From Trichoplax sp. H2 (Eukaryota), in contig NOWV01000012.1 in the NCBI GenBank assembly GCA_003344405.1, forward strand, positions 744,001 through 808,000: 64,000 nucleotides of DNA, in the 5' to 3' direction. Shown here piece after piece: positions 37,501-50,800 of the stretch. The position numbers and the translations under genes are program-made. The notes under the pieces are model-generated. The model saw nothing but the letters and a program-made list of their open reading frames with translations. It had not been told where the DNA came from and did no database searches. How positions within the stretch are numbered: position 1 is the first letter of the stretch; every line of letters starts with the position of its first letter.

Positions 37501-40500
37501 TTATTTTGAAGAGGATCACATTAACTTGAGAAGATATGAAGTTCTCTTAAGTAAGCTGACAAATGTCTAAAATTCAACATCTGTTTGCAAAAATAACTGA
37601 AAAGCTATCCTTATTAGTTTTAAAACGCACAAGTACGGTATAATACGTATTAAGATTAAGGTATCGTTTTAATGCTAGTCTATATAACGCCTATTAATAT
37701 AACATCAGCATTGATCAACTAGAATATTACGTTAATATTTTTCTTACCTCTTTAGAAAAAAGCGGGGTTTTAAGGCAAGCTGTTATCGAAAAATATTCTA
37801 GTTGGATTCGATAAATAATGTTTTTTGCTGTATTTGATCTAAGCCTCTAAGATTAGAAAATGATACCAAAATTACTCGCTAAGTCACTGAATTTTTCTAA
37901 CGAAATGATAGGTCCTTCACTTTAAAGTAATAGTATTTATTATACAATTAAAAATATCAATGTTTCTATGTTGTTATATGCGATTTTAAGGGTTTGAGCA
38001 TAAAGTTGTAACAAACATTAGGATGGATTGTTACCTTTTTTAGTGTAATGCATAGAATTTATACATACTACATACCTACCGTAGGTAAGTTTATTAAACT
38101 TATTTCAATTGGCCATTTTTAAGGTTTAAAGTAATGTTGATGCTAACGAATAACCATGGAAAAGAGCTTTAATGAACGATTTTAATTGTAAATTTAGCTT
38201 GTTTAAAAGTCCAATGACTCTTTAAATGTTAATGTAAGGCCCCATCGCATAAGCTATAGTAATATTGATAGAATTTTAAGTCAACAAGCATTTCTAATCG
38301 AAGCAAATTTCGATGTAATATTGTAGATAGTTATTAGGTAGATGTAATTGCCTTGGTAAAAGTTATGTGATACTTGCTGTATTCGCAGGGAACATAAAAT
38401 GAACGAGATAATAAGAATAAACATTCAGTAGTACTGTACCTTAGTAGTTTAGTTGTTAGAATATGGCAGCGCAGAGACAAGAGTCAACAAATAATTGTTG
38501 TATCAAGTAATCATGCAATATACAGTAAAGATAAACCGATCCGGAGAAAATAGGAAGGAAATAATGACAGCTCGTAAAGAAGTAAAATAAAATTTTACAA
38601 GAAAATTTATATATATCTGCAAATTAAGATATGGAATAGCGTCAAAAAAGAATGTATATAATTTAATATGGCAGATGGCTTCCCGACATATTCGACATGT
38701 CTACGCAATGGCTTATAAATTGAATACTACCTTAGTCCTTTACAATTTTAGCTGTATGGGACAACAGTCTAGTACAACTACTAAATATGATAATATCTAG
38801 TTAACTACTTCATCAAATTGGTTAATGTTATTAGACAGACAGAGGAAGCCAGATGTTATTTATTGTATAAAGCAAATAAATAATTATTTAGAGAATAGAT
38901 TTGTCGTCTTAAGCTATTGATCAAAGCAATAAAATACCTAGTGTGCATAAGGCAGGAATTGTATTATTCTTTTTGCTATTGTTAGTACAGAATCTCCTAT
39001 TTTCTAGATTATAAAATAGTCTATTCTTCTGATCTCAAGGTTGCCACCTATCTAGTTAACGATTCATTGAAAGCAACCAACATGAATGATAGCTTAATAT
39101 AATTTTCTCTTAGAGTCGGTTAATAATAAAATTACTGACCTGCCCCTTTATTGTCATCATGTAACCGGCATTAGTTCCAACTTGAACAGTTCAATAAAAT
39201 TTTACTCTTTTCTTTTTTAAATCATTACGATAGAATTCTATAAAAGCTTTTATTAGTAGATTTGGATGAATAGTAAAATTGTTCATAAAGCTATCATTCA
39301 GTATGTAGTTTGTATGGCTATTATCAAGTTTTTAGTCTATAATATTAGCGACTATAGTGCTTACTTCTTTATCCACTTTATAAATGGACATTGTCATTGA
39401 AGAAATAGGTATGGTCATGACTGTAAGAAATTATATTTGATTAACGTTATATTAATAGATAGCTCATCTTCTTTTCAATATCACTTTACAGATATGACAA
39501 ATTCTTCTCGGTTATAGGAAATACGTAGAATTTGAGCGTAGCGATAGGATATAATAATGCTCCCCTTTATATTTAATATCTGCTATTGGAAAGGCTTATT
39601 AACTGGTTGATTATCATGTTATGCAAATAGCAAAGGATATTGATCAATACACGTAATACAAGAAAGTTGTTCTCTAGGATAGGGATGATAGTGATCATTG
39701 TAGTATATTTATATCCTCTCCAACAACAAGTATGAAATTAAGGTAACACATAGTATAATTACAGCAGTGATTAAAACCATAACATCTTCATAGATCAATG
39801 ACGGTATAGAATATCAACTAACAGTCTATACTTTGGTTACAAAATTGTAGAAAGAATGTAAAGTAAATATAAAATACAGTATTGATGTATTTTTAAACCA
39901 AACAATTATTATATATAACACCATACCGAAATTCATTTTTCAATTTACGATACTGTTTAATTTAAATTAGTAATTACTACTTTATGCCATTTGTGTACAG
40001 ATAGTGCGGCTAAGTATGTTTATTGATAGATAGAAGCAAGTCTTTGACAATAATAAGAAGTCTTTCATTTTGTTGAAAAAGTTGATATTAAAAATCAGCA
40101 TTTATAAACAAGTTCTATTAAAATAAAATTATGACAAAATTACAAATAGTATTATTATTGATACCTTAATTTTGAGATAAAATTTTTGCGTGTCTTCACA
40201 AGCATAACGATAGTTTGGACATGATGTTTATATATTAGGTGTTGAAATAATCGATAGGTTTCACTGCAAATAGTCTGAAACGGGGGTTTATCCTATAATG
40301 AGCTATTAAGTGTTTGATGGGATACTTGTTGTAATAGTTCTAAAGATAAAATTAGCTAACCTGCCTCTTAAATTAGATCTCATGGCTGCTATGCGTACAT
40401 CTGAATGGCCTACGTATGTGCGCTAAAGATGGAAAATAACTTTATTGATTTCTAAATTAATGGTGACTTTCGTTTGTGTTGTGCTTTTTGGAGCATTTCG

Positions 40501-40756
40501 TTACTTGATTTGACTACGACTACTTATTGACATTTTCCTAAATTAGCATTAATTTCATGTAGCTTAGAATATGAAATTCAGCATGTAGTCAATACAAAAC
40601 TGTGATTTCCCTTAATGCAAAGAGAAAATATCAATTTTAGCACGTGCGTGAACAGTATAGGTATAGTCATAAACGGTAAAGTAGGATAGGTACGAGAGTA
40701 AAGTAAACTTAATAGCATGGACTTGATGTATCTAGTAAATCATGTTAATAGATAAA

Positions 40757-41995
40757 TATGGTACATGTACATTGTACAGTATGTTCTAAGCTTGACGGTG
40801 AATGTCCTGTACATTATTTCTGTTCGTGCCGGCGTAAAGTGGAGTGTCCTAAAGTTACAGTACCGTACAGCAGATCGCACTACAGTACTGTAGAACACTC
40901 ACAGATGCATGATTTGAAATTACTGTCCAGTACAGCTATTAAGCTGTTTATCATGTTCTTTCTTGATTTGTTAAGAGCCCCACAGAGTGGGGCAACAAAA
41001 AATTGGTTAGAAACTCATCTGTGTTCCTCTCCACGGAAATCTTTAGTAAAAGGCGAAAGATTTATACGATCTGAAGAGAAACCAGAGTGAAGAGTACGAG
41101 ATCAATTGAGTCCTTATAAGCAGTTCATACGTGCTTTCAATTATGGTTCTACTCATTAGCATACGTATCGTACAGTACATTGCATTGCAACACACGGTGC
41201 AATGTACTATATTTCACGGTACTTCGTACTGTACTGTACAGTCATACCGAACTGTACAGAGTACTGTACAGTGTACACTTGTACGTACGGTCTGTACTGT
41301 ACAGGACAGTACTGTACAGTAAAATTTATGGTCCTGTCAGGTCACGGACTACGGGTTAGGGTTAAGGTTTAGGGTTAGGGTTAAGGTTTAGGGTTACGGT
41401 GCGACCCTCTCGGACAGACGGAGAGAAGGTTTAAAATGTCTGTCCATCCAAGAGTGATCAGTCCAAGTTTTCTTTTCGTAATTCATGCACTCAGTGTACT
41501 CTTAATCTCTTATTACTTTATCAACAGTTACTGGAGCCGACGATGAGATCACGTGGTTTCTAGTTGGAATAGCCTACAAGCCTTGCTGACACGATGACTA
41601 GGCAAAGGACTACTATGGACTGCAGTGGGCCAGTCGAATCAATTTTGCCTTCCTCTGTACTACAGTATCTGTACAGTACTGTACTGTAATTAGAAACTCC
41701 CTTAGATCATCCGCTGCACGAGCATTAAATGAGCTCCCGTTGAAATGCAGCACAGCCTATCATTAGCAAATGAACAACATTATAACCACTGTACTGTACA
41801 GTGTACAGTATGCCAGGTTCTACAGTCTCACTTGCAGTGTACTGTACTGTACTTGCAGTGTTCGACCGTAATTTAGGTACGTTCACACGATGAAGTTTTT
41901 GCAGGACTACTATAAAGACTTCAGTCAAATCCTGTATTTTTGTCTTGGTCAAGGACACTGGAAGACAAGGGCTAAACGTGACGTGGTGGGCCCAA
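40757..41995. repeat. Compositionally distinct, putative mobile-derived segment with ACTGT/ACAGT tracts around a telomere-like core
   Basis: Higher GC than the flanks by eye; dense TACTGTACAG motifs at 41165-41320, 41655-41690 and 41787-41860; TTAGGG-type run at 41353-41399. Boundaries are approximate. Confidence 0.55.
41353..41399 (+). repeat. Interstitial telomere-like repeat (GGGTTA/AGGTTT variants)
   Basis: GGGTTAGGGTTAAGGTTTAGGGTTAGGGTTAAGGTTTAGGGTTACGG. Confidence 0.9.
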
Positions 41996-42001
41996 ATAGA
42001 A

Positions 42002-42130
42002 AAAATATATTGAAAAGGAAACGCCAACGAACTTACTTTATTTACCTAGCTTACAGCGTGATCACTCAAAATATATTGAAAAAGAAACGCCAACGAACTT
42101 ACTTTATTTACCTAGCTTACAGTGTGATCA
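42002..42130. repeat. 66-bp tandem duplication, 2 copies
   Basis: AAAATATATTGAAAA(G/A)GAAACGCCAACGAACTTACTTTATTTACCTAGCTTACAG(C/T)GTGATCA occurs twice. Confidence 0.95.
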
Positions 42131-43182
42131 GTCATAGTAGGGTAATCAACGCAACGTAGAAAGTCCAAATTCTATTAATAATATTTCAGCTTACGGATTT
42201 TATACTATACGCTGTATAACTGTAATGCTTCATTTCCGCTAATAACTGTAATACTTCATTTCCGCTATCTTCCTTCACTGAAACTGTCTTCGTCATCCCA
42301 AGTTTCAAACTTCTAGGTCTTCATTTCTGTCATGTTATGACGTTGCTTATAATTTAATATAACAGACAACGTCCTACTTTAAGGGAGAATACTTATCCAG
42401 AGTAATGACTGATAAATTCTGGTTCATATAGCGTGGCTACGTTTACAACGTCATACGTTCAACAACGAGAGCCTACAATATAATATCAACTCATACATTA
42501 TTTTATTTAATTTTTATCCTGATAATTTTGTACATAAACCATGTTTGCTAAGATGTACCGTATTATACGTATAAGTCAAAGGCATCCTGATTGTTAGTTA
42601 TAATTGAAAGTACTTACTGAAAACGAATGGTAAAATACCAGCAGGAAACTCGTTACTTTCATTGTTACGAAAGTGTTTATGTAAAGAATATAATCGAATG
42701 GGTTGAAAATAAATCAATATCAATTATAAAGATACTATTAACATCTTTTCTTCGTAATGGCCATGTTTGTGCTATAATTGTCATACAGTAATATTACTTT
42801 GCTATTCTAGCTACTTTTCAGATTCTCAATCATGCTTTCCCATGAATTACAGAACTAAAATCGCTTACAAAGTTGACAATTTACGCTGATATCGCTAATT
42901 TCATACTAGGTGCTCGTACCAAAGGTTTCATTCTTTCTACTTTATACATGAAATAGAATTCATAATACAACTATCAATTAATTTTCTGTCTTACCATTAG
43001 CAGAATTTCGTAAATATTTATGGAATAGGAGAATGAAATTGTGTTAGCGTAAAAAAGTATCGTAATTTAGATATTTCTAGGACAGTCTTTTGTGTTATCA
43101 CCAACATTTTAACGTTGTTCCAGTCTCACACTATTTTCCAATATTACTAAGTAAAGCGATTCTTAATATTAAGAAAGAGATA

Positions 43183-43262
43183 AATGCGGATATATCTGTC
43201 GACTGAATATTAGTACGCCATCATTCGCGTAGTAATATTCAGTCGACAGATATATCCGCATT
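43183..43262. repeat. 80-bp near-perfect palindrome (foldback or MITE-like)
   Basis: AATGCGGATATATCTGTCGACTGAATATTAGTACGC-CATCATTC-GCGTAGTAATATTCAGTCGACAGATATATCCGCATT: 36-bp arms with one mismatch. Confidence 0.95.
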
Positions 43263-43542
43263 ACTATAACTTACAATATGTGTATTGTCTTAGGTGGAGA
43301 ATAGAATGATTGCATCCGATAATTAAATATGGCTTACGAGTATACTGTGTTAAAAAATACCGACTACTCCGCCCTAATAAGAATAAAAATGATGAAGCTA
43401 AATTGTTCCATTACACCTCTANNNNNNNNNNNNNNNNNNNNCGTAATTTAGATATTTCTAGGACAGTCTTTTGTGCTATCACCAACATTTTAACGTTGTT
43501 CCAGTCTCACACTATTTTCCAATATTACTAAGTAAAGCGATT

Positions 43543-43898
43543 CTTAATATTAAGAAAGAGATAAATGCGGATATATCTGTCGACTGAATATTAGTACGCC
43601 ATCATTCGCGTAGTAATGTTCAGTCGACTTAATATTAAGAAAGAGATAAATGCGGATATATCTGTCGACTGAATATTACTACGCCATCATTCGCGTAGTA
43701 ATGTTCAGTCGACTTGATATTAAGAAAGAGATAAATGCGGATATATCTGTCGAATGAATATTACTACGCCATCATTCGCGTAGTAATGTTCAGTCGACTT
43801 GATATTAAGAAAGAGATAAATGCGGATATATCTGTCGAATGAACATTACTACGCCATCATTCGCGTAGTAATATTCAGTCGACAGATATATCCGCATT
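43543..43898. repeat. 85-bp x 4 tandem array of the same hairpin, inside a redundant copy (43442-44057) of 43061-43421 across an N gap
   Basis: Units start at 43543, 43628, 43713 and 43798; only the last has the complete right arm. Confidence 0.9.
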
Positions 43899-46632
43899 AC
43901 TATAACTTACAATATGTGTATTGTCTTAGGTGGAGAATAGAATGATTGCATCCGATAATTAAATATGGCTTACGAGTATACTGTGTTAAAAAATACCGAC
44001 TACTCCGCCCTAATAAGAATAAAAATGATGAAGCTAAATTGTTCCATTACACCTCTAAAATTCTTCGTATCATACCCTGGTAGCAATAAACATGATTCAC
44101 TTTGCCTTACGTGAAATGTTACTATATTTTCCTATAGTCAAGAATAATCTGTATTGTTAATCGGGCCACCCGAATAATCCAAATTTGAAAATCGATTTTA
44201 TAGCTATCGATTAAGTTACCTGGTAACGATTCCAATCAGAGAAATCATACAGCGATACATGCGTAAATATTTTCAGGCAGCATACGTATAGAAATTGATA
44301 ATATTGGGGTTGTTACAATTGCTAGATTATAATGCTCCTGATGACGTTTACAGAAGATTTTTTTAGAACTAATTAAGTAATAGATATTTTATTAATAGCT
44401 ACAACACAAGAAATAAATTCTTCTCTTAATTACATTGTTTAATTAGTTTTAGTAATGCTTTTGTTTTAGCATTAACGTTAGTAACAAACATCCTCAATTT
44501 TTAAAATGATATACACGTACAGTACTTAGTTTGCATTGAATTCGTAGCCAACAAAATAAATCTTGCCGACGCGGTATCGTCTGTGTTATTAGACATAAGA
44601 TAATAGAGATAATCCAAAAGTTAGTTTCATTGATCAATTTGTTTATCGGTTTAGACTACAACAACAACGAGCTTCTTTAGTTTTCAAAAGATTTATTTAG
44701 TACATAATTAGTTCGTTGCTAGTGCAGTATATTTTATTGATATTGCCTAGGTTATCTGATATACTAAAATAAAAAGTAATTCGCTCTTTAAGGCATCAAT
44801 ATGTGGTTCATAGGTTAGTATTAACATTTGGAATAAGAAATAAATACTGTGATTAGATCAGATATTTGATTAATTCATGTGAACGAAATAAAGCATAAAT
44901 TCGATGTAATCTTTATGTAATAGCAATCATGATGAATAGTTTATAATTTAAGTCAGCTCGTTTCCCGTCTAATTTAGCAAAGTAATATCAGTAACAGCTA
45001 GACATACTGCCCATCGCGTACAGGCAATGTTGTTATTATTATAGCAACACTAAATCCTCTTCTACGAACGAGTATAGTGACTGCATACCATCGTAAAGTG
45101 ATTATATCATTAAGATATCGAGCAAAAATGCACCGAATGATGCTGTTACAAATCAAAAGGCTGTATGTAGATCATGGAACTAATTTTAGCCTTACTTATA
45201 TCGGAAATGATTTGTAAATGTCAAATTGTGAGAAATTTTCATTCTCAGTATTATTCAGGCTAACTAGAGGCAATTCCATGAACGATACTGCAATATAGCA
45301 AGCAGCACATTGTCACTGCAGGATAGATAAATGTTTCGTACCGATAACTTTAAACTTTTTTCTCCTTAATAATACGGGATAATACGAAATTTAAGTTTCT
45401 AGTCATTTAAATAATCTACTCAGATAAAATTTTCTGCAGAGCTTTTTGGAAAAATCAATTTATCTATGAAAAATATATAACGAAGATAATCAGTACGAAC
45501 TTTATTTATGTGGGTGTGCATTATAATAAGTTTGTATCAATAATAAAATGCAATTTTTAATTATTCTCTTATCCAATGATACTACTTCAATTACATATTT
45601 GTTACAGTTAACGAATCCTTATTAATAATTTTATTACGTAATACATGAATTAAAATATTTTTGATTTGTGTAGCAACTTCAATTAAATTTCGGAAGTGAT
45701 GATTATAATAATTTGTAGTCATTGCAAAATTTTAGTTACGCTTAGGTAGCTATACCAAATACACAATTCAAATATCAAACATGATTAAGCTAAACAACAA
45801 AAAGGGTGGTGATCAATTCCTTAGGACAATACTTACAAAAATATTGGTCCTAATTCTTATTAAAATGTAAAAATTTCAGGTTATTATTACTATTCAAATT
45901 TTAATTGTTTCAATATAGAAACTATTGATAATTATATAATGACCCGCAGTGATTTACGTGAAGTAGGTTGAATGAGAAGGCCATCTACTATAACGGTTGA
46001 CAGATGTAATGATTACTTTATTAAATTCATACTTATCATCAGCTAATTTAAGGCAAAATATGTCATAGAAATATCGTTCTATTGGTCTGATGGGTATTAA
46101 AACCCTCAGGTTGAATTTTGGTATAAGTAATGGTAAGATATTTGAATCGATGACAGCTGATCATGATCATTGTTTAGAGCAGTTTTGGATTGATCTTCAA
46201 GTCGAGAATTATTATAAGGACAAGTATTATTGTAAGAGAAATATAAAATGAAAAAGATAACTTAACTCAATTTTATTTACTGTTAATAGCTATTCAATTT
46301 TTTGTTAAATAATGATACGAAGAATCTTAGTATTTTAATTGTAACATCTGATTGTAAAAACAAAGAAATACATAGAAATATAAAAGTAATCAGTTTAAAG
46401 ATTGATTAGGATTTTATGGTACGATTGATAGTTTATTAACGGTGTCACCCTAACTCTGTCGGAAAAAATCTCTGAATGTTACCTAATGATGACTCTGAAA
46501 TAAATTTAATTTTATTACTGTAAAACTTTCTCTCAGTTTACTGGCAGTAATTACTCTGTAATAGTAAGTCAAAAGGGACGTGTTCAATGTCAGCTTTAAA
46601 TGCTTGCCGTTAGATAGCTGTAAATCTTAATC

Positions 46633-47889
46633 ATGAATGATTCTATAATTAATAAAACTTTCGATCTTGGTATCGCCCTTTACTATTACACCAGTCTGGC
46701 ATTAATTCCGGTATTTGCCTTCGCATTTATAATTAACATCTTCTTACTTTACGTTTTATTACAAGGTAGCGCTTTTCAATGTATTCCCTATAAGTTAATC
46801 CGTATTTCAGTTATATCTGATGCTTTATCTAGTTTAACTGCTGCTATTGGTTATTCTCTTATTACACAAAATTTTTCCTATCAATCGGGTAAATTACTCT
46901 GCCAATTCATCATGTATTTGGTCTTTACATTTAATGGTATCTCCATGAATAATTTATTTTTAATCGCTATTGATCGCTACTACGCCATTGTCAAGCCATT
47001 CTCGGGATATCATCAACGCCATCGTCGGCGAGCATTTTTTATTGGACAAATTATATCATGGAGTTTATCCATTGCCTTTAATATTATCCTTGCTCCTTAT
47101 ATTGGGGGAACTCACGCTGATACGACTCTTTGCGATATACCTGATATTGAAGATCATCTATTTATTCCCATAACTCTTATCTTATTCTGCATCCTGCAAT
47201 ATATTATACCGTGCACAACTATAACAGTTATTTATTGGCGAATTGTCCACCATCAGAAGCATTACGTTAGACCTGGTGAAAATTCATTATCACAGCGAGA
47301 TCATGAAGCTAAAAAGAAAAAATTTAATAAGATACTTATGACCATTACATTATGTTATATTTTAACGACTTGGCCTTATTATGCTGGTGTCTTTGGAATG
47401 GCAATAACTCGTCAATCGGTTATCACAATTCGTAACAAGGATCCAATAATATTTATCTTCTTATTTTGTTCGCTTGGAACCAGCATTTGTATTACAGTAA
47501 TTAATCCGTTTATTTACCTTCAATTCGATGCCAATATAAGAGCTAAATTCGTAGAAATTTTACTCAGAAGAAAGAAGGAGAGAAAAGCATTATCAGTATC
47601 GAGCAAGACAAAACCAATAGAGTTATCACAAGCTACACGGAAAAAACATAAAATTGCACTTACTAAGCAGCGTGAAATTAAATTACCGCGTAGAAAAGTA
47701 ACAATAGCTAAACTAGATCGCAATAAACTAATGGTACCACCTAGGTCATCTCATATTGGCCGGTCTCTAGAACCAAATAATTTCAAATTGATTCCTCATT
47801 CATCGACAATAAAACAGGCTGCTATCCAAAAGCCTAATGAAGTGCTGGCAATACCCGGATTGATACCCGATGTTGAAATAATATACTAA
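46633..47889 (+). CDS. Intronless rhodopsin-class (class A) GPCR, 418 aa, with a long basic C-tail
   Basis: Seven hydrophobic segments, TM3 Cys (LLCQF), IAIDRYYAIVKP, ECL2 Cys, YIIP..YWRI, TTWPY, NPFIY. Confidence 0.95.
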   Translation: MNDSIINKTFDLGIALYYYTSLALIPVFAFAFIINIFLLYVLLQGSAFQCIPYKLIRISVISDALSSLTAAIGYSLITQNFSYQSGKLLCQFIMYLVFTFNGISMNNLFLIAIDRYYAIVKPFSGYHQRHRRRAFFIGQIISWSLSIAFNIILAPYIGGTHADTTLCDIPDIEDHLFIPITLILFCILQYIIPCTTITVIYWRIVHHQKHYVRPGENSLSQRDHEAKKKKFNKILMTITLCYILTTWPYYAGVFGMAITRQSVITIRNKDPIIFIFLFCSLGTSICITVINPFIYLQFDANIRAKFVEILLRRKKERKALSVSSKTKPIELSQATRKKHKIALTKQREIKLPRRKVTIAKLDRNKLMVPPRSSHIGRSLEPNNFKLIPHSSTIKQAAIQKPNEVLAIPGLIPDVEIIY

Positions 47890-50800
47890 GCGCATGGATT
47901 ATTTGATTTATCTGTTAAAATAATTTTACAAAAGACAGTGTACGGATCAAACTGTTTGATTAAAATTACCATTTGGTATATTACGTAATTACAATTTAAG
48001 AAATTATAATCTTGAAAGTTTATCATTGGTATGATCCATGATGGGTTGCAATGGCTGTTTCTTAGCTAAACTGTCTATCTATATCATAATGGGGTACACC
48101 TCTTTGCGCTTGCAAAGAGGTCCTACTGAAATAACTGTTTGTTTTTCATGCTACAAAACTATGATTTTTATAAGCTATATTTTATATCATCTAGAACAGT
48201 AAAGTAATAAAGCTGATGAATATTCGAGAAATGAATATTTAGAATTCATTTTAAGTAAGCAAACATCTTGGAACACAGCCTCACATTATCGAAGAAGTGT
48301 CATATTTTACTTTTGTCAAATCTTAACTGAAGTGTAGTACTTATTTCGTAAATTAATTATTGTCAGCATATTCTTCAGATAGGATACATTCCATGTTAGC
48401 TTCAAATATTGGCATTATCGCATTAACAATTGAGACTAATTTTGAAAATTAAACAACTAAATTACGCAAAACTTCAATAATACATATAGTATTACAAAAC
48501 TGTTAATTGATTATTTATAAAGTTATGTAGAAAAATATTGACGTTATCACCCATAGTAAAGGGAGCCAGCTAGTAGAAGGGAAATGAAGGAATCAATTAA
48601 CATATACAATAAAGCAGTTAAGTGGCATACTTGTACAAGCAAATAATTTAACACAGTAAACCGGTTAATAAAATAATATAATCAAGAGTATGGCCTATTT
48701 TGATATGATAGCAATGTCATTTACACAAGTGAGGATAAAATTTTAGGGGTAACATAATTTAAAACATAAAAGTATCGAGAGAGGTAAAGCGAAATAAACG
48801 ATCGTTCTTTCTCTCAATCGCAACAATTGGTGATTGAAATTTAGGATTAATAACAAATATTTGTACTACTACAGTACTATTTGTAATTGCTATTTTTGCC
48901 AAGAAAAGACTTCAATAAGACGGTGATATTTTCAATTTATAACACGGTAACCGACCCAGTACGCCTAATTTTTATTTCTGCTTAGCCTTAAAATCTGCAG
49001 TCTTAATACGTACTAGCGCATATATTATGTTATCCTTTAGTAGCTAAGGTAATGTAACTACTATCATCAAGCCTTAAGGGTGAAATCTGAATTCATACTA
49101 TCGCCCTAGAACAATTCTAATACTGGTTAATTAAGGTAATTATTAACTGGAGTTAGCTAAATTTAAGGGGATCGGTATTCGAAATGTTTTGAATAAGCTC
49201 TAATCTTTCGATTGTATAACTCATCCAAGCCTGTTTGTTTTACGCTCTTACTGGTTCTTTTTCATTTGAATTCTGCTACTCTTGACATAGATTATTGGAT
49301 ATGTAGTGATACCATTCTACTACTATCATAGTTGTTGAAAACTATTGTGATATTTTAAGTACTTTCAGTATCGCCCATTTAGTACTTAATTTACTGAAAT
49401 TCATAAGCATAGTGCTCAGTAGCACTTACCAGTTATTTCTTACAACCAAACCAGATCGGTTGAACAATCAAAGTAGTAGGAAGGTAAGACATTAGTATTT
49501 ACAAGTAGATAGTGTTACATTTGTGATTATAAGAGTATTGATGAATAGAATCTATTAAAAATTATTTAATTTATAGTATCTCTCACTAAGAACGAGTTGG
49601 GTGAAACTCCTCTAGTAAAAGTATTCTTTACCAAGAAGTACTTAGGTAAAGAATCTGAGGAATATCATAATACGAATATAGTACTCAGGTACTACTCGTC
49701 GCTATAAATAATGGCAAGGTTGTGCCTTAACCACCAGTTATAGCTTCAAAGTCGGACCCTATTTGAAATCATATTTTTAAATATATAAATCCTGAAGCCA
49801 ACCTCAAATTACTTAATGTGTTATAAACTGCAATTTTAATAGACTACATAAAAGTTTTCCATATGATGTAAAATAAAAATAGCAATGATTTATAAATTAG
49901 GTAATGCTACTAACATCCATGGCGATTAATACTAATGATAGTCATATTATGATGGAGTTTTCGACTGACCATTAATGAAGGTTCCCAATTACAAGCTATT
50001 ATGGTGCAAGTTAAGACATAGTAAAAGTGCAACTTAATATTACTGCGGACTCACTCTACTTGTCTATGATCAGCTAAAATAAAAGATAGTATATGAAGCA
50101 TAGTAAGTGAGCAAGCTACTAGTTTTCACGAGATTTCCTAAATTTAAATGGTGTTTGTCCGTCATTTTGTTCTACTAAATGGCTACGGTAGAATGTTTGT
50201 TCTAATTTTACCGATATGAAACTCTATAGGAAATTTACAATTATTAATCAGTCCTATTACAGTATATAATTGATAAAAATTTTATAGGAGATAGATAAAT
50301 TCATATTTACTAATGTGCTTGAAGCATATGTCTAACGAATTAATAAACTTATTGCCTATAGATTATATCATTTAATATATTTTGGCATCGATTTTGCAAT
50401 ATTATTGCCTTATATCATAATCAGCTTTTTGTTAAACGGGGCAAAGCTGAAGATTTACGTATAAACCTATTCATAGTTATATGTTCTGATTTAATCTGTA
50501 TTCTATTTTGAAGCTGATATTATTTTCAGTAAAATTTCTACTGTGTGGATTATTTTCTACCAAGGAAGAAGTAAGAAGAAATTACCACAATTTAATAATA
50601 ATTTCGATTTCTGATTTTATCTAGTAATAAGCAGAGGAAACAGATGTAGGTAGTTCCCCTGCAAGCTAAGAAGCAAATTAAAACTTTATGTACCGTATAT
50701 AGATTAGCATTATATTTATCACTAACCGCAGGAAGTATATGCGATATTCCTTATCTTCTAAATTAATAGTGCTTATGTGAATCCCGTCACTATTACATAG

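Noticed and set aside
41353-41399. True chromosome end
   Set aside because: Only about 47 bp, degenerate, and flanked by ordinary sequence on both sides.
40758-42159. ORFs 40758-41090, 41131-41322, 41725-42027 and 41890-42159 as transposase or genes
   Set aside because: Translations mirror the ACTGT tracts and the 66-bp duplication; no transposase, Rep or RT motifs.
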